Positions 14,733-31,379 of a stretch of DNA of 64,000 bases are shown here, in pieces; within the stretch, counting starts at the first letter, position 1, and each line of letters opens with the position of its first letter. The translations under genes were made by a program, and so were the position numbers. The notes below the pieces were generated by a model, which saw only the letters and a program-made list of their open reading frames with translations, did no database searches and was not told where the DNA came from. Source of the DNA: the human T2T-CHM13v2.0 reference genome, Homo sapiens; assembly GCF_009914755.1 (NCBI RefSeq), contig NC_060930.1, one strand, 5' to 3'.

Positions 14733-14784
14733 CATTATGTGTTCAAGTAGAGAATCTATTGCAACTATGTTATCAAAATATGTT
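14733..14784 (-). CDS. PDE10A: PDE10A coding exon (52 nt): (K)TYFDNIVAIDSLLEHIM
   Basis: Translation match; acceptor TTTTTTTCAG, donor ATG|GTAGGT. Confidence 0.96.
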
Positions 14785-16361
14785 CTGAAAAAAAGAAACA
14801 TAAATCCTGTAAGTAATTTCATTAGTTCACAGTACATATTACACTTTGAATTCATTTCCTGGTTTTGTCTACATTTAAATAAAAAACCATAAAGATAAAT
14901 GTCATTTGATTTTTCTGCTTTGGCAAAAAAAAAAATCAGTACTGTAATATTATTTTAAAGAGATAAATGAAACTTTATGATTGACCTCAGCATGAGGGCT
15001 CTATAATTCCAGAGAATGCAATCAGTATTTATTTTATTGATAAGTATCAGTGTAGAGAGAAAGTCTGTTGCATTTAACAAAGTATGCAGAAATAAAATTG
15101 CATCCACCATATTTAATATTTTCATTAATAACTCTGATCTAAAATACAAATATTTAAATGTGCTAAATCTCATCAATAGTTAAATATAAATTATCACTGA
15201 AAACTGGAGAAAGTTAGCATTTAAAGTGTACTGAGAAAGTAATGTAATTAATTTGAGAAGAAATGTCAGAATACAAGTAATGCTATGGATCTAATGACTT
15301 TATATGAGTATATATTCATTGTTATGAACAGCGAGTAAATGTTTCAGAGGCAAATAGTGCATATACTAAAATGTCAATCTGAAAAAAGATAAATCGATAT
15401 GCATGTAACGTATGGAAAATGTAAAGAAGGACTCTTAAGATAGACTGCACTGGCTAGGTAGTGTTTAACCTAGTTGGCTCAGGTATCCAAGGGGAGCTTT
15501 TTCAGTCCCATACTTCTTTAATTTTATTATTTCAAAAACTAAATGTAACATAAACTAGTAACTTCAAACTAATTAATGAGCATCAAGAATAATTACTGAT
15601 GGGTAAACTGTTAGGTGCATATACAGTGACATGTGAAACATAACATGTCATCGTTGTTGCTGGAGGCCACAGAGGAAAAACTACATTATTCCTTTAGTGA
15701 ACTTGTAGGAGGACATGACCCTAAAGTTACCACATCCCGGCGCATATTTTAGATTTCAGTGATTAATTACATGGGTCAGATATATAGATGCAGACTCCTG
15801 TAGTAAATAAAACCAATAAAAATATGTGATTTAATAAATATCTATTATATAATTGCTTCCACTGCCAGCCAAAGGGATTTTTTCTAGGCCAAACCAGCGA
15901 AATAAAACATTTTCTCAGAAATGATAACTGAGATACTATACATGGGAAAATTTAAATAATAATAATAATGATGCTTAATTTACTGACATTGTTAGAAAAA
16001 CCAAATAGGACTTTTTGGAAGAAAATAAACCAGAATATTTTCCCTCCTACTGTAGCCAGTATTCTCCTGCATAAATAGAGATATTTAGTGTCTTTAACAT
16101 ATTCTCAGTCTATTTAGAAAACATACATCAAATGGAAAATTAACATCATCACATATATATCTGCAATCCTTCACTTTAGAGTGAACGTGAATGAGAATAT
16201 AACTCTACAATCCATAATATGATTAACCGTTCCCAGACTACTTGTAAAGACGGATCTTCAGTTATCAGCTGCAATAGACAATGGTCTATTTCTGCCACAG
16301 GCTGCCCTTAATTTAAACCATTGATTAATAAGAGCTACTATCCCTAGAAATGAACACTTAC

Positions 16362-16420
16362 TTTGATACGTCGAGTAGGAAGTCATTCAATTCTGTCTGT
16401 TTGGCAAGGCCTCTGCATAC
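16362..16420 (-). CDS. PDE10A: PDE10A coding exon (59 nt): VCRGLAKQTELNDFLLDVS(K)
   Basis: Translation match; acceptor TAG, donor GTAAGT; phase fits both neighbours. Confidence 0.96.
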
Positions 16421-16544
16421 CTACCATATAAAATAATAGGTACAATTACAAGAGATTTCTGCTTATTTCAAAATAAAACTTCCAGAATACTAATTACCTT
16501 ATTTATTGAAAGAAGGCCTAACACAATCACTTGGGTTATAATGT

Positions 16545-16790
16545 AATAATAATATCAATAACCATTAATATTTACTGAATACTTAAATGTGCTAAACATT
16601 GTTTTAAGCACTTTCTATTTATTGTCTCAAGCACCACAAAACATTATAGGTTTGGAATTTACATTTCATAATGGACTTATAAAGATGTTAAGAACCTTAC
16701 TGAGGCTTCAGAATTAATAAGTGATAGAAGCAGCATTCAGGTCTGGATAGTCGACCCAAGTCTCTCTTTAGAACTACTTTACACTGTATT
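16545..16790 (-). mobile_element. MIR SINE, degenerate
   Basis: ATATTTACTGAATACTTAAATGTGCTAAACATTGTTTTAAGCACTTT. Confidence 0.55.
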
Positions 16791-17496
16791 TCTAAAAACT
16801 GTAGTTGAGCACATATTCCACCTACACCTGATAATTCGAGTCCTTTCTACTCCTTCTATTATCCTACAGCTCGATTTTTCTTCCTAGCATACAGTTCTTC
16901 CCTCATCAACCTCAATTTGCTGAAACAGAAGTAGAAAAATAAAACCACCACCAAAAAAAATAAAAAGAGAGAAGGAGAAGATACAAAGAACGCTATATTG
17001 CTACCATGTTCTTGAACTTTAAAGTCTAACCACCAGTAAAACTATAAGTAGTTGGTGATTTTTAAATTAGATATCTTCAAAAGAACCAGATATCTTAAAG
17101 TTAGAATGTTTCATAGATCACTTAGAGGAAAATTTAATTTAGGAAATGGAATCATAAAAATATCAATGCAACTCCAGTAGGAGATTGTTCCTAGGTTTTC
17201 AGTGGAAAACAAATACTACAGCAGGACATATGCCATTTATTGCATTAATTATATATGTATTTATTTTATATATAGATATATATGTATGTGAATGGACACA
17301 CATATATTGCAAAATATTTAAGGCAGGGAGTAAGTAAATATAACTGATTAAGTTAAAATTTCTAGAAATAACAGAAAATTGTAATATCCCAAAATAAGGC
17401 ATTGGGTGACTTAACCTCTATTCCGGTCTTCAATGCCTCACTCCAAAAACCTCTTCTCCCTTAGGAAGCCCCTGCAAAAACACCCCAAAGACTCAC

Positions 17497-17547
17497 CTGC
17501 ACCTGATGTATTGCTACTGAAGCCCAGGCAAGATTTGCTGTTGCAAC
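17497..17547 (-). CDS. PDE10A: PDE10A coding exon (51 nt): VATANLAWASVAIHQVQ
   Basis: Translation match; T-rich acceptor TAG, donor CAG|GTGAGT. Confidence 0.96.
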
Positions 17548-17579
17548 CTAAAAAAAACAAGAAATACATACCTATAAGT

Positions 17580-17722
17580 AATAATACATAACGTATATAT
17601 ATATACTATATATAATATACTATATATCATATGTATAATACATAACATATATATACTATATATAGTATACTATATATAATATATATCATACATAACATAT
17701 ATATATATATACACACACACAC
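17580..17722. repeat. AT-rich low-complexity repeat next to the acceptor of the 51-nt exon
   Basis: (TA)n-rich with duplicated ATAATACATAAC and TATACTATATAT units, ending in (CA)n. Confidence 0.9.
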
Positions 17723-18109
17723 TACTTGTAGTCATCTCAACAAAGGACTCGGGGATACATGTATATGAAGAATTTTCTGACATCACTGAGCTTTTGAACA
17801 TTTTCCAAACACAAAGCACCAAATATTTACAAGGTTTTTCTTTTATATTTTCCCCATCTATTTAACTGACTTTAATGTTCTCTTGTTCATCTTAATTTTG
17901 GATAAAATGGAAAACAAACTGATTGTTAAGAGAGCTGTAGCCCAATGATTTTCACAAAATTACTACTTTTCGGTTTAACAAAAATACTATTGAAAAGCAA
18001 TCTAATGACCACTTTAAATAATGAAATATTTCTAAAATGTAAAAATCATACACATATATTTATACACAAGCTAACAAGTTCCTCAAAATTACTAGCTTTT
18101 CTACTTCTT

Positions 18110-18600
18110 TTATTATTCACTCATTCAACAAATATTCATGAGTGTCTATTATGTACCAGGCACTATTCTAGGTGCTGGAGATACTGTAGTAAATAACAGA
18201 AATGGAGTGGCCTTCAGTGTACTTCAGGGAGAAGGACAAGAAATGAAATAAGTGTAGCATATAATATATTAGATAGTGACAGGTGCTATAGAGAAAAAGC
18301 AGAAGAAGAGAGAAAGAAACATTGGATAGGAGCCATTCAAATGTACATGAAGTGTTCAGGGAGGGCCTTATAGAGAAGGCAACATTTAAGGAAATTCTGA
18401 AGGATGTGGCTGTGAGGGGGATAAGTGGAGAGAAGAAAAAATGCAAAGGCCTCAGTTAAGTAGCCTGTCAGCCTTGCCTGAGGATCCAGCGTGGCTGGAG
18501 CGAGTGAGGGACAGGTGGGGTCGCAGGAGATGGGTTCATTCAGGCAAGTGAACAGGAGTGAGGCCACTGAAGGAAACTGGTTTATACTGGATGTGATAAA
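18110..18600 (-). mobile_element. L2 LINE 3' fragment
   Basis: TTCACTCATTCAACAAATATTCATGAGTGTCTATTATGTACCAGGCACTATTCTAGGTGCTGGAGATAC. Confidence 0.8.
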
Positions 18601-19048
18601 TGTATCATTTTAATATTTGCTTTTAGTAGTAATGAGCCTATTGAGTGAATAGTGAATGGAATTCAAATGTATTTGACACTAGAGTCTTTTATGCAGGACA
18701 CAAGCTAAGAAAAAGACATTTTAAAGAAGACATAAAGACAACCAGAGTGTGAAAAGTCTCCAAAGTCCTTCTACTACTTTCTATGACTCAGAGTACAGCA
18801 TACCTTTTATTGTTACACTGGATTTTACTTAACAAAAGGACCATATCTCTTATGTAACCTGTTTCCTCTCTAAACAGAAACAGGTTTTAAAATCATTATC
18901 ATTAGTATCAAAACACTGTTAAGCAAATTGTGATTTTAAATATTAATTCATGTATTTTCAGTTTAGTATTACTTAGCAATACTAACAAGCACCTTCAATG
19001 AGCTAGGTACAACTAAAAATTCTAACATGCAGCATTTAAAGGCCTTAC

Positions 19049-19204
19049 CTCCTGGTGACTAAGACAGAAGGCTTCTTTGCCCCAGTGCCGATACAGCTCG
19101 AGAATACCAATCAAGTCACCAATTGCAGTGACAATTGGTAAGCAAAGAACAGACTGGATACGAGTCCCTGATTCCAGTCCAGTACCTCTTGGAAATCGTT
19201 CATC
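19049..19204 (-). CDS. PDE10A: PDE10A coding exon (156 nt), GAF-A: [52 protein letters not shown]
   Basis: Contained in ORF 19022..19231; acceptor TTTTTCAG, donor GAG|GTAAGG. Confidence 0.97.
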
Positions 19205-19808
19205 CTGAAAAACAAAAAGACAAAAAGACATAAATTCAGTGAAATGATCATTAAGTGATGATTCTTATTTCTATCAGAAATTGCCATGATACTTGTAATC
19301 AATAATAAGCAGTACTTTTCAAAGGAAAACTAAATGATGATAGCCACCATAAATCTTAGGTAAGAAAATGCTTACTTTTTCATGGAACTTATACCCAAAT
19401 ACTGCTTTAATATTTCTTTATCCTTATGCAGCATAAATTTAATGAACGAATGACATATGTTAATTTCATATGATAATAAAAAAAGTAATCATAAATGCTG
19501 GCACTTATTCATCGTCTTCTATGTGCCGGAACAGTCTTAGGGTGTTTACAGGTACAATGCCGCAGGGAAAATTACTCAAAATGTAAACACTATGTGAAGA
19601 AAATTATTTATAAACTTTTTTTCTATTTTTAAGCCTAGAGTAACACAAAAGTGTACGTTAATAACAGTCATTCTAACTGAATCTCAAAGGCCCATATTAA
19701 GTATTTGAATCAACTAATAATGATCAATTACTTATCATAAGAAATGAAATTGGTTCTTTGATTTTAAAATTTTCTAGCTTAGCAAATTTACTCAAAAGAA
19801 GTACAGGG

Positions 19809-20138
<330 letters not shown>

Positions 20139-20551
20139 TTAATATCAAAAGCATCAATTCTATTTCTTCAATTTCTACTGTCTGTAAGAAGCTATCAGGA
20201 TGAATTAGAACTTCATGAAATAGTGTAACTCTGTACTTGTAATGTACAGATCTTTTGAAAGCTTACATACACAACAGAACATTTTCAAATGAGAACTTAT
20301 ACAGCATGGGCCCTCCTTCTCTCCTTCCCTCCCTTCCTCCCTTCCTTCCCTTCTGTCCTTCTATCTCTTCCTTCCTTCCTCTAGCTACCAAATTTATTCA
20401 AGGTTATACAAATAATGGTGGAAAAACCAAAATTAAAACCCAGGTTTCATGGCTCCTATTAGCACTTAGAGCAATTTTTTTACACCTGTGTACTTGTTAC
20501 CTTTGAAGTCTATATTCCATGTCATAAAATTTCATTAAAATGTCCACATGT

Positions 20552-20996
20552 ACTGTGGAGGACTAGACTGAGGGCTCCACTTTGTCTAGTTTCTCTGTAT
20601 CTATGTGCATGGTTAGTGATCTATACTGAGTCTGGGCCTGTCTACGTGATTTGCTCTGGCTAATGGGAGGGTAGTAAATTTGATGTAAGCAGTGGCTTGA
20701 AAACTCACTTGTATGTTTCCCACTACTTCTCTCAGACTCCTGTTACCTCACAAAAACACACCAGGATAGCCTTACTGGAAGGGGGTGAGAGACACAGGGA
20801 AAGCGATGGCATAAGAGGCCAGCCAGCACCTAACTCATGGCCAGCTGACCTCAGACGCATAGGCAAATCCAACTGACAGCAGTCCAGACCAGCAGAATAA
20901 CCCAGTCCTTAGATTCATAAGAAATCACACGTGGCTACTGTATGATACCAGTAAAACTTGAGGTAGTTTGTCATACAGCAATAGCTAACTCATTCA
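20552..20996 (+). mobile_element. MLT1 (G/H-like) MaLR solo LTR
   Basis: TG start; GTGATTTGCTCTGGCTAATGG; ends GTAGTTTGTCATACAGCAATAGCTAACTCATTCA. Confidence 0.65.
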
Positions 20997-21238
20997 TATG
21001 CATCCCAGCAAAATATGAATCATAAAACAGTAATTATTTAGTTTACATTCATATGAATATACACAGTATATTTGTGTTTAACTGTACTGGCATGTGTTGA
21101 AATAAGAACTGTGCACATTTAGCTGTTAGTGGGTAAAGGGAATTTTCTGAGTACAAAAAATTAACTTACACATTAATATATTGATCTGTAACTAGCTTTA
21201 ATGCTTTTTAAAATGAAACTATTTAAATTATAACATCA

Positions 21239-21451
<213 letters not shown>

Positions 21452-24246
21452 CTAGGGAGAAGAAAAGATGTTTTACAGACTTTCCTGTACATGTGCATAG
21501 TACAAAAAGACACACGTGAATCCTAACAGTCATAATAAATCTGTGAGCCAATTAAAAGAAGAGTCATAAAATGAGGAAAGGTGCTTTGCCATGATCAAAC
21601 CAGATTACCTAAAGTGAAACTATCTCACATTTCCACTTCACAAAAAATACACACTCAAATTTAAAACTTAAATGAATGTACAGGCACAGAAACACTCTTC
21701 AAATAGCCTCCTATTTTGATACACAGAAAATAATGAAATGAGACAAAATGCATCCTGTCATTGGGATCAAGATTCTATCAGACCACAAACACACACAGGG
21801 TCCAACCTCCCTACAGACTTGACCCATGTTACCTGAAGATAGAATCAGTAGCTGCAAGTCAAGTGATTTGGTTACATTTTTCATTTTCATTAGAAATCTT
21901 CCCTTCTGAGAACCTTCTAAGACTCACTCACATTACTTCGACTGGCTAGTTTATAAAATTGCAGATTCAGAATACTCTAGATGAAAAATTTGCTGTTCTC
22001 TGAGCAAAAATCTTGAAAAATCTGAGGGATCTTTCCCTTTCAAATGACTGGGTGGGAAGGTAATGTCCTGAAACTATTTTAAAATAAATTGTTTTTTAAA
22101 AATAGCATCAGTTATTTTGACGAAATCCAAACATATTTTAAAATTACTTTCTACTAAATAAGAATTGCTACTTTAATCATGTAGAAATTGGGGGCAATAT
22201 TTTGACATAATTGTATCATGATTATCTACAAAATTTGAAAATATAAATTTCCCACAGACTTCACTTTATTTTTATCTTATGTTGGATTACTCTAACAAAG
22301 AATGAAGACTACTTGAAGCAATAAGTATTAGACAGCCCTCTTAACCTAAGCACCTTTCTACAATACTTGTTATTACTAAGGTAGTTCTAAGGATGAGACA
22401 GGTATTATTTATTAACTTATCAGGTATGTGGTTTTTAAGCCTTGTAAAATTACAGAACTCTTTCTTTAAACATCTTAAAAGAGAATGAACCCCATTAACT
22501 TGACTAATAAACCCCATAAACTTGGTTAAATGAACAAGGAGGAAGGGAGAGAAAAGCAAAGCTTTGCTTTAACCTTGGGTACTTGAAATTAATAACAATT
22601 ATAAATGATTAGAAGCTAAGTTCAAAATACTTGTATTTCCAAGTATATCTACATAGGGCTGTGCTTAAATTGTATTTGCTATTAAGTACAATGCATGTGA
22701 AAAATTTAAGTAATTATTTTAAAAAGAACTAAGCTATTTAATATGTTTAAATAGAAAGTATACACTTATGGATTAAAAAATTACATATATGATGAAAGAC
22801 AGTTTCAACTTAGTTATTCCTTAAAAGGCTGGAAAAACCATTTTCTAGTTACTATAATTACATTAGGCACCAACATACACATGGCATAGAGTAAGACTAT
22901 CATTAGATTCAGTATCTATCATTGTCCAAATACAATTCAGTTTGTCACCCTTTCTTAAGACAGAAAGAGTAGAAAGGTAATTCAAGAACAAAAAGAATAG
23001 ATAAATGCAAGAAAAAAAATTTAAAATGTGGTATATTTAGAATGAAGAAAAATTGGAATTGACAATGATTTTCTCAAACTATAAGGAAGCAACTGTCCCT
23101 TTTCTGTACCAAAGACGGAACTGCAGGAAGTGAACATAAATTGAACTGAGTGGTTTAGATAACTCTTAAAGAAGAACATGTCATAATAAAAACAGAAGGT
23201 GAACTCTGGAGCAAGCTTCCAACAGTAACTCTGTATTTTTTGCGGGGGGTGTGGAGGGAGTCATAGTTTTTGGCTGCATTTGTTTGTTTGAAAATGTAAA
23301 ACGCACATCTTTTTTTTTATGACTTAGCCATAGGCCCTTCAAGGCTGAATTTAATCACATGTTTAAGTTATACATAGCTTCATAATCCAATAATAACAGA
23401 CTATCTTATACATTCCTACATTATTAGATGATCATATAGTTAGTATTATAAAATATGTATTGCTTCTGTGTAGGTTTCATACAATACACAAGTAACAGAT
23501 AAGCAAATACTGTACCCAAGAGTGTATGGAAAGCTCTTCTATTTATTACGCTTGCTGAAAATAAAAGGTTTAGAAGTCTTTCAACTACTTGCTAGAATAT
23601 GAAAAACTTCTCTATGTAGTTAAAAAAAATTATCAAAAATTGAGTAATACTTTATAGTGGAAACTTTATACTTATTTTCCTAATTAGCTCATGATTTTTG
23701 TTCACATTAACCTAACAGAAATGTTTCCAATGAGAGCTGAGGATAAATGCTAACCAAACATTGAATACATTGTGATATGAAGGCCCAAAACTCCAGCAGA
23801 AGGGAAAATGAAGCCTAACCTCACAACACACACTTGTTTGTTGTTTCTGACATGTTTTCATGGCTACACTTTCCCTCCTTTATATTAGTGGTTCCCTTCT
23901 GTGTTGTTTTTGTTTTGTTTGCCTCCAAACAATTTACCTGCAAAAGCTCCTTTTTAATATCCATTTCTAATTGAGGATCAGTCACTGGTTAGAATCACAT
24001 GTTTTGCAGAAGCATATTTTTAAATGATTTTGGCAGTTGAATGCATTGATAGGTAGCTACCTGTTATAAATATAAAAAGTCTAAAATAGAGGTTGAAGTT
24101 TACACATACTCAGCGCTAGGGAAACGTTAATTTACATTCCATTTATTCCACAGATACTGTCAAGTAGGACGTCATGGGCTGAATCATTATCACTTTTCCA
24201 CTCATTGAACTGCCACCTTCATCATACACTTCATCCTCAAAGACGC

Positions 24247-24669
<423 letters not shown>

Positions 24670-24747
24670 TGACTTGGCAAGGCAAATCCTGACTTAGTTC
24701 TTAGTATTTCAAAATAATCATGATTTATTTTATAAGCTATACACTTT

Positions 24748-25046
24748 GGCCTGGGCGCAGTAACTCATGCTTATAATCCCAGGGCTTTTGGAGGCTGTGG
24801 CAGGAGGACAGCTTGAAACCAGGAGTTCAAGATCAGCCTGGGCAACATAGCGAGATCTGACCTCTACAAAAAATAAAAACATTAGCTGGGTGAGGTGGTG
24901 CATGCCTGTAGCACTAGCTACTCAGGAGGCCGAGGTGGGAGGATCACTTGAAGCCAGGAGTTTGAGGTTACAGTGAGCTGATATTGTGCCACTGTACTCC
25001 AGCTTGGGTGACAGAGTGAGACCCTGCTTAAAAAAAAAAAAAAAAA
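24748..25046 (+). mobile_element. AluJ-type SINE
   Basis: Full dimer with poly(A); TSD AAGCTATACACTTT/AAGATATATACTTT. Confidence 0.92.
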
Positions 25047-26549
25047 GATATATACTTTGCATTTCTCATTGGTGAAGTATCTACATGAAGGCATTAATCA
25101 TTAATAAATGATTAACGTAAATAAGTTCTAAAGACATTTACACAGGAAATAGGGACTTCATTTTTCAAAATCAATATAACTGTTGACTTAAAGATTTAAC
25201 TGGGATATTCAGATTAATAAGATAAAAAACCTTATGCTATTTTCATAGAAGGATGAATGGAAACACCAGACATTATTTTAAGAAGTATTAAGGCTCTTAT
25301 ACATATGTTTACAATATCAAATTTATCTATAATATCCAGTGTTGAACTGAGTCTCTAAGATTAATTCCTGCTCTACTACTGTATAAATATATAAAAACTT
25401 TAATTAGGACAAGCATCTTTTAGAGGCTAGAGATAAAAACCACAACTAAAAAACAAGGAAAAACTTTAAAGTTTCAAACATTAGCCACCTCTATCATTTC
25501 CAAAGAAGAAAGTAACTGCCTTCAGGATATCTACTCGACCAAAGGCCGCTGCAGTTCTTTAGTACTTGAGAGTTCCAGAGGTGATGGTGACCACTAGTCC
25601 CTCCACCTCTCAACTAGCATCGATGAGATTGCCCAAAGAGCAGAAAATCAATCCTATCAGAGGCCAGGAAGTCCTAGGGGAGGAATCAGCTTTTAAATTT
25701 TTCTAAGAAACTCATTATGAAGTAGCTAATATTTTTGTGGTAACAGCAAATTTTTATATCTATTTCTAAAGTGAGATAATTTAAACTAGAAAAGATTGGG
25801 CGCACAAGTCATAATCAATAGGTTGGTTCAGTAAAGGACTTAAAAAGCATTCAAATTACAAAAATGTAAATTTTGGGAAATAAATAGATTTGGTGGAAAA
25901 TGAACAAGAGAATAGACTAGTACAATTTATAAAAACACCATCTTTTAATGAAATAGAAAAATCCAATTCATTGATATCAGCCAAATAGATGTTTACCTCA
26001 CTTGGTTAACATTTGCTTTCATCTTTCTTTCCATGCACAATTCAAACATCACTTTATTCATGAGACTTCATTTCAATGTTAAGACTTCAACTTACAACCA
26101 GTTAAATTTTGGAAACACTTCTTAAAAAGAAAAAAAAAGTATTTAGGTTTACCAATAAGCTATTATCCTTTTAGACACTAGATGGCACTGGATAGTAAAC
26201 AAATTTACATCTATGTAGACGGCCGTAAGTAAATAGCTCCCACATTTACCTGGAACTTGATATATGGATGACTAACTTTGTTTCCATAATTCTTAAAAAT
26301 AAATCTGCTGAAGTTCACTGTGCACTTGAAGAAGGCAAACAATTACTATAAACTACCAGCTCTGGATATGAAGAATGCAGTATTTCTGGTGTTTAATGTA
26401 TACATACTGAAGGTAAAACTTAAGATTCTTCTGCTCTTCCATTTTTCCCAATTGTATCCCAAGTAACAAAACTAAAATGTGTTCTTCCCAGTATGTGGGT
26501 AATAAAAATCAAGTAACAAAGGGGCAGGGGGAAGCTATGTTCTTAAAAG

Positions 26550-26760
26550 ACGTGTTGTATTACGGTGGAAAGAGCATAGCTGCTCTTTGTAGAAAGCACA
26601 GTAACTTTGGAATGGGAGCCTAGCCTTTAGTTGTTGACTAGCTGTGTGAACTCGGACAGTCATTACCCATAAGAGACCTTGGCTACCTCATCACTAAAAT
26701 GAAAAGATTAGATTAAATAATTTGGAAGTGTCTCTTTTAGCTTTAACACTCTATGAATCT
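26550..26760 (+). mobile_element. MIR SINE, degenerate
   Basis: GACTAGCTGTGTGAACTCGGACAGTCA...CCTCATCACTAAAATGAAAAGATTAGATT. Confidence 0.55.
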
Positions 26761-28139
26761 AGGACTCTAGAGTCATCTAGTTGCTCATGTTTATAAATAA
26801 AAATAACAAAACAACTGTTTAACTAACTTATCAAACCTGTAAATTATGGAAAGGTTGTTTTTAAAATAACCTATATATATATATACAATAAATTTACTTT
26901 TGAATTAAAAATTTTAAAGTATAAAGTACATAAGGTTTTCAGCTTTCACAAACAACTCTGATAGATAACAGTGGAAAAACTATAAAGATACTATCATCAG
27001 GTATGTTATACATGTAACTAAGCATAGCCATACAAACAATAAAAGTTGAATTAAGCAAAAATTCAGTCATGAAAAAATTATTTTTTCCCAAAAACATCTC
27101 AAGAGCACTTTGTCTATAGCAGACATTGCTATGGGCCAGGATACAACATAAGTTGTTTTCTTTGCTAACCCCAGATTTCTCAGAAATTGCTTCTTCTGCC
27201 CAAGAGACATCCTTTACTTTCCCCTCTCATCTACTGAGAGGTCTTAAATCCCCACTGAAATATTGTCTTCTCATCATCCAATCTGTTTTTATGTGCTGCA
27301 GCCCCATCGAATTCATGGTCACAGAGCCTTTGAGCTCCTCTCTGTTAGCACATAAAAATCATGTGCTGTAACTAGCTGCTGATTTTTCTATCTCCCCTAC
27401 TGCTTATACATTCTTTGATGTGAGAAATAATTTTGTTTTTGTATGCTCAGCAATTTAGCACAGTTTTTTGGTACTTAGCAGATGTTTTAAACGGTTTGTT
27501 AAACAAACAGCATTTATGGTGTAACATTTAACTAATGGAGGGTAAATGGTAAATTAAGGTTTAGAAAGTTTAAGAATCTTGTCAAGTCACACAATTATTA
27601 ATTACACAATTACTAAGTGGTAAAACAGAACTCACACAATCTAACTCCAGATCCAAAATTATTTCAATGCTAAACTACTTACTAGGAAGTTTTCCTTTTT
27701 TCCCAAGTTCTGAAAAAGTATAACGAGCACAGGAATTCTCCTTCTTAAAGGGCTGCCTCAGTAGCAAATGAACAATGCGGGTACAGGAGCCCAGGCTGTC
27801 GGGCTCATCACTGTCTCCCCGGGTTTAACATGGTGCCTGGTGATGACTGGGGCTCAAGAACAGTCAGATGAATCAATGCCCTACTGGTTTGCAGAAAGGT
27901 AATATTTCAACAGTGTCTTCAATTTCCTCCTTGGCTACTGGACTAATAAGTTTTCTATTATCATTTGTATTTAATAGGATAATTTATATTTTCCTTGAAA
28001 ACTGTTCATTTTTATCTAGGTTTTCACATTTGTTAGTAAACATAATCCCTCATAATTTCTAATTTTCATTATATCTATTATTTGTTTTTAGATTATTAAA
28101 CATATATATTTCTTTTTTGTCAGTTTAGTAAATGGTTTG

Positions 28140-28783
28140 TGTATTAGTCTGTTCTCACACTGCTAGAAAGAACTACCTCAGACTGGGTCATTTATGAATA
28201 AAAGAGGTTTAATTTTTTTTATTATTATACTTTAAGTTGTAGGGTACATGTGCACAACGTGCAGGTTAGTTACATATGTATACATGTGCCATGTTGGTGT
28301 GCTGCACCCATCAACTCGTCATTTAACATTAGGTATATCTCCTAATGCTATCCCTCCCCGCTCCCCCCACCCCACAACAGGCCCCAGTGTGTGATGTCCC
28401 CCACCCTGTGTCCATGTGTCCTCATTGTTCAGTTCCCACCTATGAGTGAGAACATGCGGTGTTTGGTTTAATTGACTCACAGTTCCACAGGCTTAACAGG
28501 AAGCATGACTGTGAGGCCTCAGGAAACTTATAATCACAGCGGAAGGGAAACAGGAAGCAAGGAACTTCTTCCCATGGTGGCAGAAGAGGGAGTGCAAGGC
28601 AGGAAGTGCCACACACTTTTTACCTACCATCAGACCTCACGAGAACACATTTACTATCATGAGAAAAGCAATGGGGAAATCCGCCCCCATGATCCAATCA
28701 CCTCCCACCAGGTCCTTCCCTTGATATGTGATGATTACAATTTGACATGAGATTTTGGTGGGGCAACAGAGTCAAACCATATC
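28140..28783 (-). mobile_element. THE1D-like MaLR LTR interrupted by an L1PA 3' end
   Basis: TGTATTAGTCTGTTCTCACACTGCT...GGCCTCAGGAAACTTATAATCA...CAAACCATATCA. Confidence 0.88.
28215..28464 (-). mobile_element. Short 5'-truncated young L1PA (PA3-5-like) 3' UTR
   Basis: TTATTATACTTTAAGTTGTAGGGTACATGTGCACAACGTGCAGGTTAGTTACATATG; TSD GGTTTAATT at 28206-28214 and 28465-28473. Confidence 0.93.
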
Positions 28784-30330
<1,547 letters not shown>

Positions 30331-31379
30331 CCTTTGTTTTTAGTCATTATAGGAATCCCATGAAGAATTCTTAGACAGAAATTAAATACATTAAAGTTAG
30401 GGTCTAGCCCAGAAAAGAAAAGGAATCACAAGTTGGTAAATCCTAACCTAATATACTGAGTTTAGTATGTGTATTATTTGGATAAATAATAATGTATTGA
30501 TAACCTCTTCTAAGCTGTTTTCTTGATCTCTCAATAATTAAAAATACTACTATTTTTCTGTCCATTTTCTCCATTTTGCTTCAGAAACTTCAATGTACCA
30601 GAATAAAAGACAGTTTGGTTTTTTAACCTGATCTAAGTTTTTTTTCTTTTAACAGTTGGATCTTCTTTACAAGTAATTTTGTTATAATCACATAATGATT
30701 TCCATAATAATATTTTATGTTTTAATTTTAGTGCTTTTTAGTATTTAGTTTTGTTTTTATCTTCTGCTAAATGTTCTATGTGAAAAAAACACATAGAACT
30801 TTTTTCCTCCTTGCTTATATGAATGCACGTTTTTAAATTCTATTAGAACTTCTGACATATTTAAATGTTATTTGTTATATTTCTCATTACATCAATTTCA
30901 GAAATTTAATTATTTCTACTGCGAAGAAATTCATACTTTAATAAGTATAAAAACTGTATAATTCTTTCTTTTTTTAACCCTTAGTATTTGTTGATAGGGA
31001 CAGAAAATTTTCTCAGTCTATTTGTGTTTTATTATAATTTTGTCACTATAGTATATAATTTTTGTTGTGAAATTGAGTTATTTAAGACTTTCTTGCTATG
31101 ATTCCAAATCGAGACAATTTTTTAAAGATTGACAATTATGTAGACTATGCTGTCTTTCATGTGCAAAAGGCGAAATACAAAAATATATACATGTATCTGC
31201 TTACCTGTGCAAAAGATGTTTCATTTAATTTAATATGGTTATATTTTAGAAGTGTATCTTCTATTGCCAGCGATACAGCAGATTAGATCATTTGGCTGAC
31301 ACTTTTGAAAAAACAATTTGAAATTTATTTAAAGGCTGCATAAAATATATTTTACCCATCTTTTATATTGCTTTGCTGG

